The notes: generated from the letters alone by a model not told the origin. DNA of 64,000 nt from an uncultured actinomycete (GCA_942491345.1 CALOAN010000011.1:53113-117112); one strand, 5' to 3'. Counted from the stretch's first letter, positions 38,956 through 49,718 are shown. Numbers and translations: made by a program.

Positions 38956-39041
38956 AAAAACTTGCCTCCCGCATACGTGGAATTGGTGCATTCATTCGAT
39001 AAAAAAAGGGGGTCGAGCCGCCCCGGTTCTAACCGGCCGGG

Positions 39042-40870
39042 TCAATCCACCTCCTTTGATAATCCTGTCTTTGCCTGATACGCCTTCACCAGGTCAAGTT
39101 GCTTCTGTTTTTCTCTCAAAAGTTGTTGCTCACGTTCCTCATCATGGTCCCGCTTGGCCTGTTTCAGCTGTTCATATAATGGTGCAGCTTTCCGTCGTTG
39201 TCGGGTCGCCACGAAATAATTGATGGCCCTCAGGCAACCTTGAAATTCCCACTCCTCTTCGTGAAGGCTCAATTGGGCCTTCAACCGACGCAGCGCATCG
39301 TGTCTTTCGTCATCGAGCCCGTCTTCGGCAGGGGCGGCGGCATCCTTTCCATCCAAGGCATCCTGCGCGATCGCCCGCAGACCCGGGTCATCGATCAGGT
39401 TCACAATATTTTGTTTGCGCACTTCGGGCAAAATATCCGGAAACTGGAGCATCATGGCAACCAGCTGGCGCTCGTGAGGGCTCCCGCCTGAAACCTTTAT
39501 TGGCTCCGATGCTGACGTCGTCACACGACCCGAACGCCTCCCGGGGGAACCTGTCACCGGCGTTACGGCCACCTGCCGGATTCTTTCCAAAATGGCCGCT
39601 TCGTCAATATCGACCCTTTCCGACAAATACTTGATATAAACCGACCTTGCCACCGGATCCTCAAAGGCCGCCATCGGTTCCGCGACATCTCCTAAGGCCT
39701 TGATTCGTCCTTCCATGCTCGTGCCATGGCGTTCAATCGCGGCATCGATCAGAAACGGCATGATATTTTTGGCCTCCTGGGCCTTCGCAATGAACGCCTG
39801 GGGCCCAAATTCCATTATGAACGTGTCCGGATCATGCCCCGGGGCAAAACCAGAATGCGGGCATCGACAAATTCCCGCGCAAACACATCGATGCTGCGGT
39901 GCGCAGCTTTAATGCCGGCCTCGTCCGAATCAAACACCAAAATCGCACGACCGGATTGGCCAATATGCCCCCGCAACATGCGAACATGATCTTTGGTCAG
40001 GGCCGTCCCCAAAGTGCCAACCGTATTTTGGACACCATTCTGGTGCAGCGCGATGACATCGAAATATCCTTCAACAATATAAACCAGTTCTGCGGCCCTG
40101 CAATGGGACTGGGCGATATCCAAGCCGTAAACCGAATAACTTTTGCGATAGACCTCCGTTTCCGGTGAATTCAGGTATTTGGGAAGGGCATCATCCAGCA
40201 CCCGACCGCCAAAGGCGATCACGCGGCCACGATTATTCGATATCGGAAAAATAATCCGTTCGCGAAACCGATCGTAGTACCCTTGCCCCTGCCTGCGGCG
40301 TGCCACCAGGCCCGCTTTTTCCGCCAAGTCGAGCGACACGCCATTACGCTCGAAATAACGCGCCAGATTGTCCCAACCCGCCGGCGCGAAACCGATATTA
40401 TAAGCATCAATGACGTCCGGCCGGAATCCTCTGTTGTGCAAATAATCACGTGCGGCCTTGCCACGTGGGTCGCTGCGCAGTGTTTTGCGGTAAAGCCCCA
40501 TGCTCAAATGGTTGAGCTCTAAAATCGCCTCCCGCTCGCTCAAGCGGCGCTTCTGTTCCCGTGTCTGGCGCTGCTCGGGTAGGGCAATGCCTGTCCTCTC
40601 GGCTAAGATTTTGACCGTTTCCGGAAACGAGGTCCCCTGCTGCTTCATCAGAAAACTGAATACGTTACCGCCTTCACCGCATCCGAAACAGTAAAACATC
40701 TGCTTGTCAGGACTAACGGTAAAAGAGGGTGTCTTTTCCGCGTGAAACGGACACAACCCCAGATAATTTTTGCCCGCCTTTTTCAACAGAACCGTCTCGC
40801 CCACCACATCAACGATACTACAGGCATCCTTGATTTCTGCGATTTTTTCTTCCGGTATAAAGGGGGCCAA
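39042..40870 (-). CDS. dnaG: DNA primase; apparent -1 frameshift in the CCCCGGGG run at 39837-39844
   Basis: CPFHAEKTPSF...CFGCGEGG zinc finger; YLNSPET, VEGYFDV and VFDSDEAG TOPRIM motifs; LVLP then GHDPDTF continues in another frame. Confidence 0.95.
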
Positions 40871-41175
40871 CCAGCAATTCCTCCCAATGGTGAAACGAGT
40901 GGGTAAACGAATGGAAGGGAGATGTTAGATAGGATGAAGCTTGACCGGCTGTTTTTTATATTTCACTCGGGTCACAGTGATTCCCACAGTGTCATTACAA
41001 AATTCATTTAAACGTGCATACCTAGATTATGAATTGATTTTTGTCAATCAAAATTTATATGCGGCCGATGTGTTGCCGATACACGTTTCTCCCGGCCGGG
41101 GAATGCATGCCATCTCGGAAAAATCTTGATGGATAGACAGGCTGGTGCCCGTGCAGGCGCGGCGTTGGCGGGCTA

Positions 41176-41916
41176 TTAAGAGGGGGTTCCTTCAGACCGG
41201 ACGAGGGCAATGGCTTCCTTTAGATCCAAAGAGCCGCTGTATAGCGCCTTTCCGGTAATGACACCATTGACACCGACAGGTCCCAGCGGCAACAGATTTC
41301 TGATATCATCAATGGTGGACACACCACCGGAGGCCACGATGGGTATCGAAACAGCTTCGGCCAGCTGCCGGGTCGCTTCGAGGTTCGGACCGCTTTGCAT
41401 ACCGTCCCGGTGTATATCGGTAAAATTGATGGCCGCGATGCCGACATCCTCAAAACGGCGCGCCAGATCAATGGCTGTTGTTCCGGTGGTTTCCGTCCAT
41501 CCCTCAATGGCAACATACCCATTGCGGGCATCGATGCCTACGACAATTCGCTCCGGAAAGGCCCGGGCGGCCTGAATGACAAAGTCCGGGTTGCGAATGG
41601 CTTCCGTACCCAGAACGATGCGCGACACACCGATGCCGATATAATTTTCGATGGTCGCCATATCACGAATGCCCCCACCCAGCTGCAGCGGGACTTTGAC
41701 GCCGTTCAGAATGCTTTCGATAGCGGGCAGATTCCGGGGTTTTTTATCGACCGCCCCGTTTAAATCGACCAGGTGAATGAGTTCCGCACCCAGGGCCTCC
41801 CAGCGCTGTGCCATGGCCGTCGGGTCATTGGAAAAGACGGTTTCGCGGTCCATCATGCCCTGCAGAAGGCGAACGCAACGCCCATCCTTGATATCGACTG
41901 CCGGTATAATAATCAT
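41176..41916 (-). CDS. hisA: ProFAR isomerase
   Basis: IIPAVDIKDGRCVRL, IHLVDLNGA, LQLGGGIRD, FTDIHRDGM and VASGGV. Confidence 0.95.
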   Translation of the reverse strand: MIIIPAVDIKDGRCVRLLQGMMDRETVFSNDPTAMAQRWEALGAELIHLVDLNGAVDKKPRNLPAIESILNGVKVPLQLGGGIRDMATIENYIGIGVSRIVLGTEAIRNPDFVIQAARAFPERIVVGIDARNGYVAIEGWTETTGTTAIDLARRFEDVGIAAINFTDIHRDGMQSGPNLEATRQLAEAVSIPIVASGGVSTIDDIRNLLPLGPVGVNGVITGKALYSGSLDLKEAIALVRSEGTPS

Positions 41917-42593
41917 GGTTGCTTGAATTCCTTAAACATGTCGTCCATAGCGGTTGTCGCCATTTCCTCTGACGTTACCCAACGGCCGCCGCGCTGGAAA
42001 AAGGCCCCGATAAGACGCAGATCATCCGCCAGGGCCTGCTGGGTTTGATCAAAATAACCAGACCAGACCAGCTTTTGTTCGACACAATCGATCAAATAGA
42101 CATCGAACGCCACGGAAGCCGCCGATTCCGCCGAATAATCCGCTCCAACCCGGTCTTTAAAACGGTATAAGTAGCCCTGGATCACCATATCAGCATTTAA
42201 CATGCGGCCCGTCTGGGCCAGGATTTTCAGAGGTGAGCGTTGGGAATCCTCGGCAGATTTGAGCGCATCCATGACGTCATAGGCTTCCCGCGAGGGAATG
42301 GTTTGGAGAGCGGTTTGCTGCTGCAAGGCACCGACAAGCAGATCCGTGAGGAAACGATCAGCGCCCTCGCTGACAGGACCGGTCATGAATACTTTGCCGG
42401 TCAGAGGGCATCTCACATTCACATTTATTCCGTGAAGCCAGGCCATATTCTGAAACGGCAACACCAGGACTTTCCCTGTACCATCAAACTCCCCGGTTGC
42501 GTGGGTCACCGGCCCGCTGGATTTACAGGCCCACAGCCCGATAAAACAGACCAGAATCAGTGCCCATTTTAAAATAAGACATGGTAACTTCAT
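41913..42593 (-). CDS. hypothetical lipoprotein
   Basis: Signal peptide ending in the lipobox-like LWA-C; ATGA overlap with hisA. Confidence 0.72.
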   Translation of the reverse strand: MKLPCLILKWALILVCFIGLWACKSSGPVTHATGEFDGTGKVLVLPFQNMAWLHGINVNVRCPLTGKVFMTGPVSEGADRFLTDLLVGALQQQTALQTIPSREAYDVMDALKSAEDSQRSPLKILAQTGRMLNADMVIQGYLYRFKDRVGADYSAESAASVAFDVYLIDCVEQKLVWSGYFDQTQQALADDLRLIGAFFQRGGRWVTSEEMATTAMDDMFKEFKQP

Positions 42594-42697
42594 AAAATTC
42601 TCTTCAGGTGTTGGTGCCGTTAGGAAAAAGCAACGCGGCATGCATCAGAAAATCACTGGCAAACAGTTTTCGGATGGATCGCAGGTTTTAGAATACC

Positions 42698-43288
42698 TCA
42701 GATAGCGCCCTTAGTGGAACGAACCCCCTTAACCCTGCCGTCCAGCCCGACGGCTTGGGCCAGTGCACGACCCATCGATTTAAAGACCGATTCGATGATA
42801 TGGTGCGGGTCGTCACCATAGCGGACGTTAATGTGCAAATTCATTCCGCCGCGCGTCGCCAACGCACGACAAAATTCTCGGACCAGATGAGGGGCGAACT
42901 GACCAGCAGGTCCCATGCCTTCAGGTAAACGGCAGACGAGATAGGGTCTTTTAGAGAGATCGATCGTCACTTCCCCCAGGGCATCATCCATGGGTGTTAC
43001 CGCATGTCCATATCGCCGGATTCCTTTGCGGTCGCCCAGAGCACAATCCAGGGCCTCGCCCAGAACAAGTCCCAGATCTTCGACCGTATGATGGTAATCG
43101 ACCTCTATATCGCCCCGGGCCGCAATGTCGATATCCATAAAACCATGTGCGGCCATCAGGGTCAGCATGTGATCCAAGAAGGGAATGCCGGTCAAGATAT
43201 CAGTGTGTCCCCGACCATCGAGATTGAGCCGGGCCTTGATGCGGGTCTCCTTGGTATTGCGTTCCACTTCCGCCGTGCGCTCTTGCAT
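42698..43288 (-). CDS. hisB: imidazoleglycerol-phosphate dehydratase
   Basis: RNTKETRI, TGIPFLDHML, DYHHTVED, PMDDAL, DPHHIIESVFK and STKG. Confidence 0.96.
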   Translation of the reverse strand: MQERTAEVERNTKETRIKARLNLDGRGHTDILTGIPFLDHMLTLMAAHGFMDIDIAARGDIEVDYHHTVEDLGLVLGEALDCALGDRKGIRRYGHAVTPMDDALGEVTIDLSKRPYLVCRLPEGMGPAGQFAPHLVREFCRALATRGGMNLHINVRYGDDPHHIIESVFKSMGRALAQAVGLDGRVKGVRSTKGAI

Positions 43289-43435
43289 TCTTGTCTATCC
43301 CCTTCCGGGACGTATCCGCTATTGATTGTTTTTTACGGATAAGTACAATGGAGACGAACAGCAAGTCAAGGGCATCATGGGGTATCATCCATATGGATAA
43401 CGGAAATTGCGATGTGTCGTGCGAGGAGACAAACT

Positions 43436-44671
43436 ATGCATACGGTGACAGTCGACGATCCTGAAGTAGGCGTTCTCATCGATCGGGAAGCTTCCCGCCT
43501 GCAGAACACCATCAACCTGATAGCGGCAGAGAATCATTCACCGGACAGTATCCTTGCGGCCCAGGGATCGGTTTTTTCGATGAAGGCCGCCGAGGGCTAT
43601 CCGAAAGCCCGCTATCACGGGGGGTGTCTCCACACCGACGCGCTTGAGCAACTTGCCGGCACCCGCTGCCGGCAGCTTTATGGTGCCGACCACGCCAATC
43701 TGCAACCCCACAGCGGTGTCGCGGCCAATCTGTCCGTTTATTTTGCGATGCTGGATATCGGCGATCGCGTTTTATCCATGAAGCTTTCCCACGGCGGCCA
43801 CCTCTCACACGGCGCCAGTGCCTCCATCACAAGTCGCTGTTTTGATTTCTCACATTACGGTGTTTCATCGAAGACAGAGCAAATCGACTACGACGCCGTG
43901 GCGTCTTTGGCCAAAGAACGGCAACCCAGGATGATTGTCGCCGGGGCAAGTTCTTATCCGCGATTGATCGACTACGGTCGACTGGCGGACATTGCGGCCG
44001 GCGTTTCGGCGCACTTAATGGTTGACATGGCGCATATTGCCGGCCTGGTGGCGGCCGAAGCCATTCCAAGCCCGGTTCCGTATGCCGATTTTGTGACCTT
44101 CACCACCTACAAGACCCTGATGGGAGGACGCGGCGGTGTGATTCTATGCAAACGCCCCCATGCCGCCCGCATCGACCGGTCCGTATTCCCCGGCTGCCAG
44201 GGAACCCCGGCCATGAATATGATCGCCGCCAAGGCGGTCTGTTTCCACCGGGCGGGAAAACCCGCCTTTCGTAAAATTCAACACCAAACCCTTTCCAACG
44301 CCAGTTGCATGGCCCAGGAGCTTGTATCCCGCGGTTATCGCATCGTGAGCGGTGGAACGGATAATCATCTGGTTCTCATTGACCTGCGCCCCAGGGGACT
44401 GACCGGAGACCTGGCCGAAAAACAGCTCGAAGCAGTCGGCCTGATTGTCAATCGCAACCCGATTCCCAATGATCAGCAAAATCCCACAACAGCCGGCGGT
44501 TTGCGTCTGGGGACACCGGCCATCACGGCAAGGGGTATGAAAGAACCCGAAGTCAAGTGCATCGTGGCGTGGCTTGACACCGTTCTGACCAACCACCACC
44601 GGAAAAATATCCAGGAGAACATCGCCCGCGAAATCGCGGCGCTCTGTCATCGATTTCCTGTTTCCTACTAA
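43436..44671 (+). CDS. serine hydroxymethyltransferase-fold PLP enzyme with a divergent active site
   Basis: NLIAAEN, EGYP, QPHSG, GGHLSHG, DMAHIAGL, TTYKTL and GLRLGTP; several canonical SHMT residues are substituted. Confidence 0.85.
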   Translation: MHTVTVDDPEVGVLIDREASRLQNTINLIAAENHSPDSILAAQGSVFSMKAAEGYPKARYHGGCLHTDALEQLAGTRCRQLYGADHANLQPHSGVAANLSVYFAMLDIGDRVLSMKLSHGGHLSHGASASITSRCFDFSHYGVSSKTEQIDYDAVASLAKERQPRMIVAGASSYPRLIDYGRLADIAAGVSAHLMVDMAHIAGLVAAEAIPSPVPYADFVTFTTYKTLMGGRGGVILCKRPHAARIDRSVFPGCQGTPAMNMIAAKAVCFHRAGKPAFRKIQHQTLSNASCMAQELVSRGYRIVSGGTDNHLVLIDLRPRGLTGDLAEKQLEAVGLIVNRNPIPNDQQNPTTAGGLRLGTPAITARGMKEPEVKCIVAWLDTVLTNHHRKNIQENIAREIAALCHRFPVSY

Positions 44672-44890
44672 GGCATTATCGATAAAATGACGAATTTGTG
44701 GTATGTTTTCATCGCCATGCACCTCTGCGACAAAATCAGCACGGGGTGCCCATCGTACCTGAAACATGGCACGATGATCGACCGGCCATTCAAAAGTGTG
44801 CGGCCACACCCCGCGATCGGCTAACCAAAGCGTTGCGATCACCTTTTTCAAGGTATGTCCTGTCTAACCCTCCAGAGCGAGAAGACTTGA

Positions 44891-45358
44891 ATGTCGGCAA
44901 CCGAAGCGAAAACGGAATGGCTGGAACGAATTCGAGATATCTTCAACAACAAGATTTCCTTCAACCAGGTGTTAGGCCTTCGCGTGCATGCCCTTGAGAC
45001 GGATCGCCCCAAAATCCGTTTCGACATGCGCGAGGACTTGGTGGGCAATTACATCAAGGGATCACTGCACGGTGGTGTCATATCGGCCGTTATTGACGTG
45101 ACAGGAAGTCTGGCAGCATTCATGGGGCACCAGAAGAAGCAGGCTGGGGAGTCGGTGGACGTCAAATTGGATAAATTCCGTAAACTCGGAACCATTGACC
45201 TGCGCATCGACTACCTGCGCCCGGGCGTCGGGCAAAGATTTGAAGCGACCGGATATATTCTACGAATCGGTAACAAAGTCGCTGTCACCCGTATCGAATT
45301 GAAAAATGAAATCGATCAATTGATTGCGGTTGGAACCGGTGCATATGTCATTGCCTGA
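44891..45358 (+). CDS. hotdog-fold thioesterase (PaaI-like)
   Basis: FNQVLG, LHGGVISAVIDVTG, GTIDLRIDYLRPG and GNKVAV. Confidence 0.88.
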   Translation: MSATEAKTEWLERIRDIFNNKISFNQVLGLRVHALETDRPKIRFDMREDLVGNYIKGSLHGGVISAVIDVTGSLAAFMGHQKKQAGESVDVKLDKFRKLGTIDLRIDYLRPGVGQRFEATGYILRIGNKVAVTRIELKNEIDQLIAVGTGAYVIA

Positions 45359-45572
45359 TGCGCAAGCCGCCCGATGATTGGCAGGCCATCAGCGTTTTTC
45401 CATTCATTCCAGGCCTGCACAAGCCATTGACAATTCTGCCTACGAAGTAGGCGTTTACACTTCGCATGTCATCCCGCCAAGCGACCCAAACTCTCTCAAA
45501 ATACATAAATTAATATTTATATTCAGCATGTTATCTTATTTATAGCCCGTCAGCGATACGATCCTGACGCCC

Positions 45573-45588
45573 TGGCATGTATCCTGCT
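45573..45588 (+). promoter_or_regulatory. putative sigma54 promoter
   Basis: TGGCATGTATCCTGCT, preceded by an AT-rich tract at about 45500-45545. Confidence 0.5.
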
Positions 45589-45668
45589 TTAACAAATACC
45601 AATGAAAATCGCTATTGATCCGACAACGCATCTGATTGACCCAACGGGAAAGGAGCAACATCTGAATC

Positions 45669-45962
45669 ATGGATATCAGCGAACATGCCCCGATAACGTC
45701 CCCCCCTTTCATCGATATTGATCACACCATGAAAATGCGCACCCAAGAAAAGCCCCATAGCTGCCCGTGGTGCGGCTCCGAAAAAATTGCACTCATGTTA
45801 AGCGGTATGCCGGTCTTTATCCCGGAATTGGAGAACGCTCTGGACGGCGGCGGTATCGCTATCGGTAGCCTTAGAAGGGGCAACGACGAACCTGCCTGGC
45901 AGTGCACGGATTGCTGCGCCCAGTTTTTCCGTGAAACCACGGATCGTCGCTCTCTGTCTTGA
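45669..45962 (+). CDS. small hypothetical protein with CPWC...CTDC (zinc-ribbon-like)
   Basis: Two CxxC pairs; AAGGAG upstream; start uncertain (45669 or 45729). Confidence 0.55.
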   Translation: MDISEHAPITSPPFIDIDHTMKMRTQEKPHSCPWCGSEKIALMLSGMPVFIPELENALDGGGIAIGSLRRGNDEPAWQCTDCCAQFFRETTDRRSLS

Positions 45963-46114
45963 TACACATCTGTCTAAGAAGGCCTTAACGGGTTGTCGGC
46001 AACAAATCGCGTGTCGCCCGGGGATCGATTTTACATCATACCACCCCACCTTTTTTTTCGCTGGAAATGTTCTTAAACCATATCAATTCATACGCCGATC
46101 GGCAGATGGTATTG

Positions 46115-46297
46115 TTATTGGGCTTCCTCCTTTTCGACAATGATCTGCCCGGCGTAGCGCCCGGCCACATCTGCCTCGACACAGATATCGGCGTGGATTG
46201 CTCTGCGGGCTTCCGCTGCGTCAACGGCGACCGTTAAAGGACAAAAATAAGGCGTGCCATCGTCCTCAATCGAAATATAACGTTCGGTATCATTCAT
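46115..46297 (-). CDS. small hypothetical protein (60 aa)
   Basis: Strong RBS AAGGAG; fills an otherwise empty gap. Confidence 0.6.
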   Translation of the reverse strand: MNDTERYISIEDDGTPYFCPLTVAVDAAEARRAIHADICVEADVAGRYAGQIIVEKEEAQ

Positions 46298-46862
46298 TGA
46301 ATTCGCTCCTTTATTAAAAATTTACATCTGAGAAGTAATCGTGATGCGGGGAATCAAAAAACCATCAATACGCTATCAGCGCTTGAGCACAATTTGGGCC
46401 TGATGGCTTTTGCCATTCAGCCCTGCATAGAAAATTGTGGTGTCTCTCCAGTGAACCTCCGCTACAAACTCATTTTCAATATTAGGCGCCCCCCAAAAAA
46501 CGCAACCATAGACTTTTTGTGGTGAAATGATAGCTAAACCCCATGACACCACCGTAAACAAGTATCAAACGATTCAACAATACCGCATTCTCTGGTATAC
46601 GGCCATCAAAGCCGCGGATTTTCCACTCGGAATTTCTATCGCGGGAATCTCCATGGCGCGCACAGCCTTTACGGCGTTCCTGTTTGGAGGATCTGGGAGC
46701 AGGGCTCTAAATCACGTCGCTTCCGGGTGATACTGGGGTCAAAAAAGTCCTCCCTTGAGATCGGAATGGTTTTGCGGTAACAAACGCCCATCCGGCAAAT
46801 ACACGTGGACCCTGAAATTTAAAGGCCGGTAACCGCTGTTCCCAAAGATTGGAGCAATCCGA

Positions 46863-48254
46863 ATGCGCGTTATCAAAGTTGGCGGCGGCTGTTTGAACGG
46901 CAAAAAAACGATCAAAAACATCGTGGACCTCATCGTGCGTCGTGGGCAGGGTCACGTTTTTGTCGTATCGGCGCTGCACGGGATAACGGATCTTCTCATC
47001 GACAGCTTGAAGACGGCGCTGGCCGACGAGACCACGATTCCCTCCATCATGGGTAAACTGAAGGCCCGTCATTTACTGGTGGCCCGACACCTGATAGGGC
47101 GCAAGCAGCATCTTAATGAATACACGCGGGAGTTGGAGAAAAGCCTCGGCAAACTCGAACGCCTATACTATGGTTTGAATTTCACCCGGGCCATCACGCC
47201 CCGCTTGACGGATGTCATCACCAGCTACGGGGAACGACTTTCCGCTCAACTCATGGCCACCATCCTTCGCAGTCGCGGCATATCCGCTACCTGTCGCATG
47301 CCACATAAAATCGGGTTGATTACCGATGGCAAATACGGCGATGCCACCGCCGATTTGACGAAAACGAGCCGTCATTTCAAAACGCACCTCACCCCCCTCC
47401 TAGGGAAAAAGAAAATTCTTTTTCTACCGGGTTTTTTCGGCACTAGCGAAGAGGGCGAAATCACGACCTTTGGACGGGGGGGAAGCGACTATGCGGCGGC
47501 CGTGGTGGCTGTCGCTCTTAAGGCTGAAAGACTCGACATCTGGAAAGACACGCAAGGGTTCATGAGTGCGGATCCCCGATTGGTACCGGAAGCGCAGTTG
47601 ATTCCGATTTTATCTTATGAGGAAGCAGCGGAACTGGCCTATTTCGGGGCCAAAATTTTACACCCGCGCACCGTCGAACCGGCACGACGCAAAAAGATGG
47701 CGATCGCCATTAAAAACACGTTGGCGCCCGACGCCGACGGCAGCTTGATCACCGCGCGCAGTCCCCGTCCGCGCAGTGTTATTAAAAGTGTGGCCTACGA
47801 TACCGACATCGGCATCCTGAAAGTTCATGCCTCAGGCGTTGGTGCCCGGCCGGGTATTCTGAGCGAAGTGGCCACCTGTGTTGCGGACAAGGGCATCAAC
47901 ATCAAGTCCGTTGTCACCTCCCAGACATGCATCAGTCTGCTTCTGGCCCAACGGGACATGGAACCGGCCCGTCAGGCCTTGATGGGCGTTCGGCCGCGCC
48001 CGTTCCGCAAACTCGACCGCCTGGAGGATGTCGCCCTCATCGGGATTGTCGGTGACGGCATTCAGCACCGTGAGGGAATTGCCGCCCGCTGTTTTACCGC
48101 CGTCGCCAACTGTCGGGTCAACGTGGAAATGATCTCATTCGGTCCTTCGCGCGCCGCCTTATATTTCATCGTAAAAAAAAGCGACCTCGAGAGTGGGATC
48201 AATGCCATACACAGCACGTTTTTCAGCACCCCCCGGTGCCATCGTTCGGCGTAA
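46863..48254 (+). CDS. lysC: aspartate kinase with C-terminal ACT domains
   Basis: VVSALHGITD, SYGERLS, FGRGGSDY, ADPRLVPEA and LAYFGAKILHP; ACT-like C-terminal repeats. Confidence 0.88.
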   Translation: MRVIKVGGGCLNGKKTIKNIVDLIVRRGQGHVFVVSALHGITDLLIDSLKTALADETTIPSIMGKLKARHLLVARHLIGRKQHLNEYTRELEKSLGKLERLYYGLNFTRAITPRLTDVITSYGERLSAQLMATILRSRGISATCRMPHKIGLITDGKYGDATADLTKTSRHFKTHLTPLLGKKKILFLPGFFGTSEEGEITTFGRGGSDYAAAVVAVALKAERLDIWKDTQGFMSADPRLVPEAQLIPILSYEEAAELAYFGAKILHPRTVEPARRKKMAIAIKNTLAPDADGSLITARSPRPRSVIKSVAYDTDIGILKVHASGVGARPGILSEVATCVADKGINIKSVVTSQTCISLLLAQRDMEPARQALMGVRPRPFRKLDRLEDVALIGIVGDGIQHREGIAARCFTAVANCRVNVEMISFGPSRAALYFIVKKSDLESGINAIHSTFFSTPRCHRSA

Positions 48255-48542
48255 AATCCAACCGATGTTCTCCACGCGATTCTCTCCCGAGCCGAAGACG
48301 GCGCTTGGGATACGACACAAGCATCTGCCATTGACACATTCGCATGCGCGCTCAAAAAATAAAATCACACAACATAGAAACAGCTTCCTCGGATCAATTG
48401 CTATTCCTCAAGACCGCCATCAAAAGCAAAGCGTATAGAGCACAGCAAAGAGTCTAAACCGGTGCCTTCCAAAGAAGGATTCCAGGTCTATCCGCTGAGG
48501 GATTGAATGTAGAATGAACTATGGATGGGTTCGTTTAAGGGC

Positions 48543-48580
48543 GGGAGGATGACAGGCAATAGGCCCAATGTCATCCTCCC
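48543..48580. terminator. hairpin between convergent genes
   Basis: GGGAGGATGACA-N14-TGTCATCCTCCC, perfect 12-bp stem, no clear U tract. Confidence 0.55.
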
Positions 48581-48594
48581 CACACAAGGCTTGA

Positions 48595-48954
48595 CTATTG
48601 GCCGGGGACAATAATGCGGGAGTCTTCCGTTTTCTGGTACTTTTTCTGCATTTCTTCCAGCTGGGAAATCATCTCGCGGGTTGCTTGTCGCATCGCTTCC
48701 GGAAAGGCCGCCAAAGCCTCTTGGAGATTATTGACCATCAGTCGGGCCTGGACGGGCAAAGGACCCTCCGGTGTTAGCAACTGCGTTGTACCGACAAATA
48801 TTTCGGTCCGTGCCCCATCTACGGAGCCGTCCGTTTTCACCGGAACCAAACGCCGAATGGCACCCGCTTTCAGATCCGTATAGGATTCTTCGCGGTATAG
48901 GTTCTGTGCATCCAGATTAAAATCAATTTGATCCGTCGAATTTTGATCCACCAT
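48595..48954 (-). CDS. conserved hypothetical cytoplasmic protein
   Basis: 119 aa, LYREESYTDLKAGAIRRLVPV...SRIIVPG; protein-like composition. Confidence 0.78.
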   Translation of the reverse strand: MVDQNSTDQIDFNLDAQNLYREESYTDLKAGAIRRLVPVKTDGSVDGARTEIFVGTTQLLTPEGPLPVQARLMVNNLQEALAAFPEAMRQATREMISQLEEMQKKYQKTEDSRIIVPGQ

Positions 48955-49034
48955 GTTTTGTATTCCTTAATTAGCTGGTTCAATGACCATAGGACACCTG
49001 TCACATCGGCCGTATCGCCAGAATGATGAGCGCT

Positions 49035-49718
49035 TTAGATGCGTTTGCGGGATTCTTCTTCGATTTTCTCAATCGCTGTGACGTAAGGGCTGTCCGAAGG
49101 CAGGGCTTCTTTCAAATGCTGGGCAAAGGTTTCTATCCGTTCCAAGGCTTCGGCCTGGGTCTGTATGATGGTTTCATATTCTTTCTGCAAGCCGAAAAGA
49201 TGATCGATTTTCCCGCCGAGGGTTCGTAGAATTTGACCCAGTTGTTCTTCGGGCAGATCGTCCCGATTTTCCAACAGCGTCAGGGCCTGATTGTGCAAGG
49301 CCCGATAAATCTGCAGCGTGTCCCCTGAATTGATAAACTTGCGGTAGTCCAGAATGCGCTCAATCTTGGCTTTCAGCTCATTCAGCGGAATGGGTTTCAT
49401 GATATAATCAAAGGCCCCCATACGCATGGCTTCGACCGCGGTTTCAATCGTCGCGTAACCTGTAATCATAATGACCTCGGCATTTGGCATATGCTCTTTG
49501 GCATATTTTACCAACGTCATCCCGCCCTCCATCCGGCCGTCGACATCGGGCATATTCTTATCGGTCAAAATGATATCGTACTGATGGGTCTGCATCAAGC
49601 TGATCGCGTTGGCCACATCTCTGGCAATGTCAGCCTGGTAACCGATTTTTTCAAGAAACCGGGAGAGCAGATCGAGGATGCTTTCTTCGTCGTCAGCGAC
49701 GAGTATTCTGACGTCCAT
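49035..49718 (-). CDS. response regulator (REC + helical C-terminal domain, no recognisable DNA-binding domain)
   Basis: LVADDEE, ILTDKNMP, MITGYA and YIMKP. Confidence 0.88.
   Translation of the reverse strand: MDVRILVADDEESILDLLSRFLEKIGYQADIARDVANAISLMQTHQYDIILTDKNMPDVDGRMEGGMTLVKYAKEHMPNAEVIMITGYATIETAVEAMRMGAFDYIMKPIPLNELKAKIERILDYRKFINSGDTLQIYRALHNQALTLLENRDDLPEEQLGQILRTLGGKIDHLFGLQKEYETIIQTQAEALERIETFAQHLKEALPSDSPYVTAIEKIEEESRKRI

Noticed and set aside
39815-39850. Programmed frameshifting in dnaG
   Set aside because: No canonical slippery heptamer or stimulator is evident, and the window has several other homopolymer indels; an error is simpler.
46386-46401. Weak sigma54-like box (AGGCCCAAATTGTGCT) upstream of the 60-aa gene
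   Set aside because: Only the GG/GC spacing fits; both flanks deviate from consensus.
46560-46862. Lysine or SAM riboswitch upstream of the aspartate kinase (and a ZTP riboswitch before the SHMT-like gene)
   Set aside because: No conserved core motifs were recognised by eye; an Infernal/Rfam scan would settle it.
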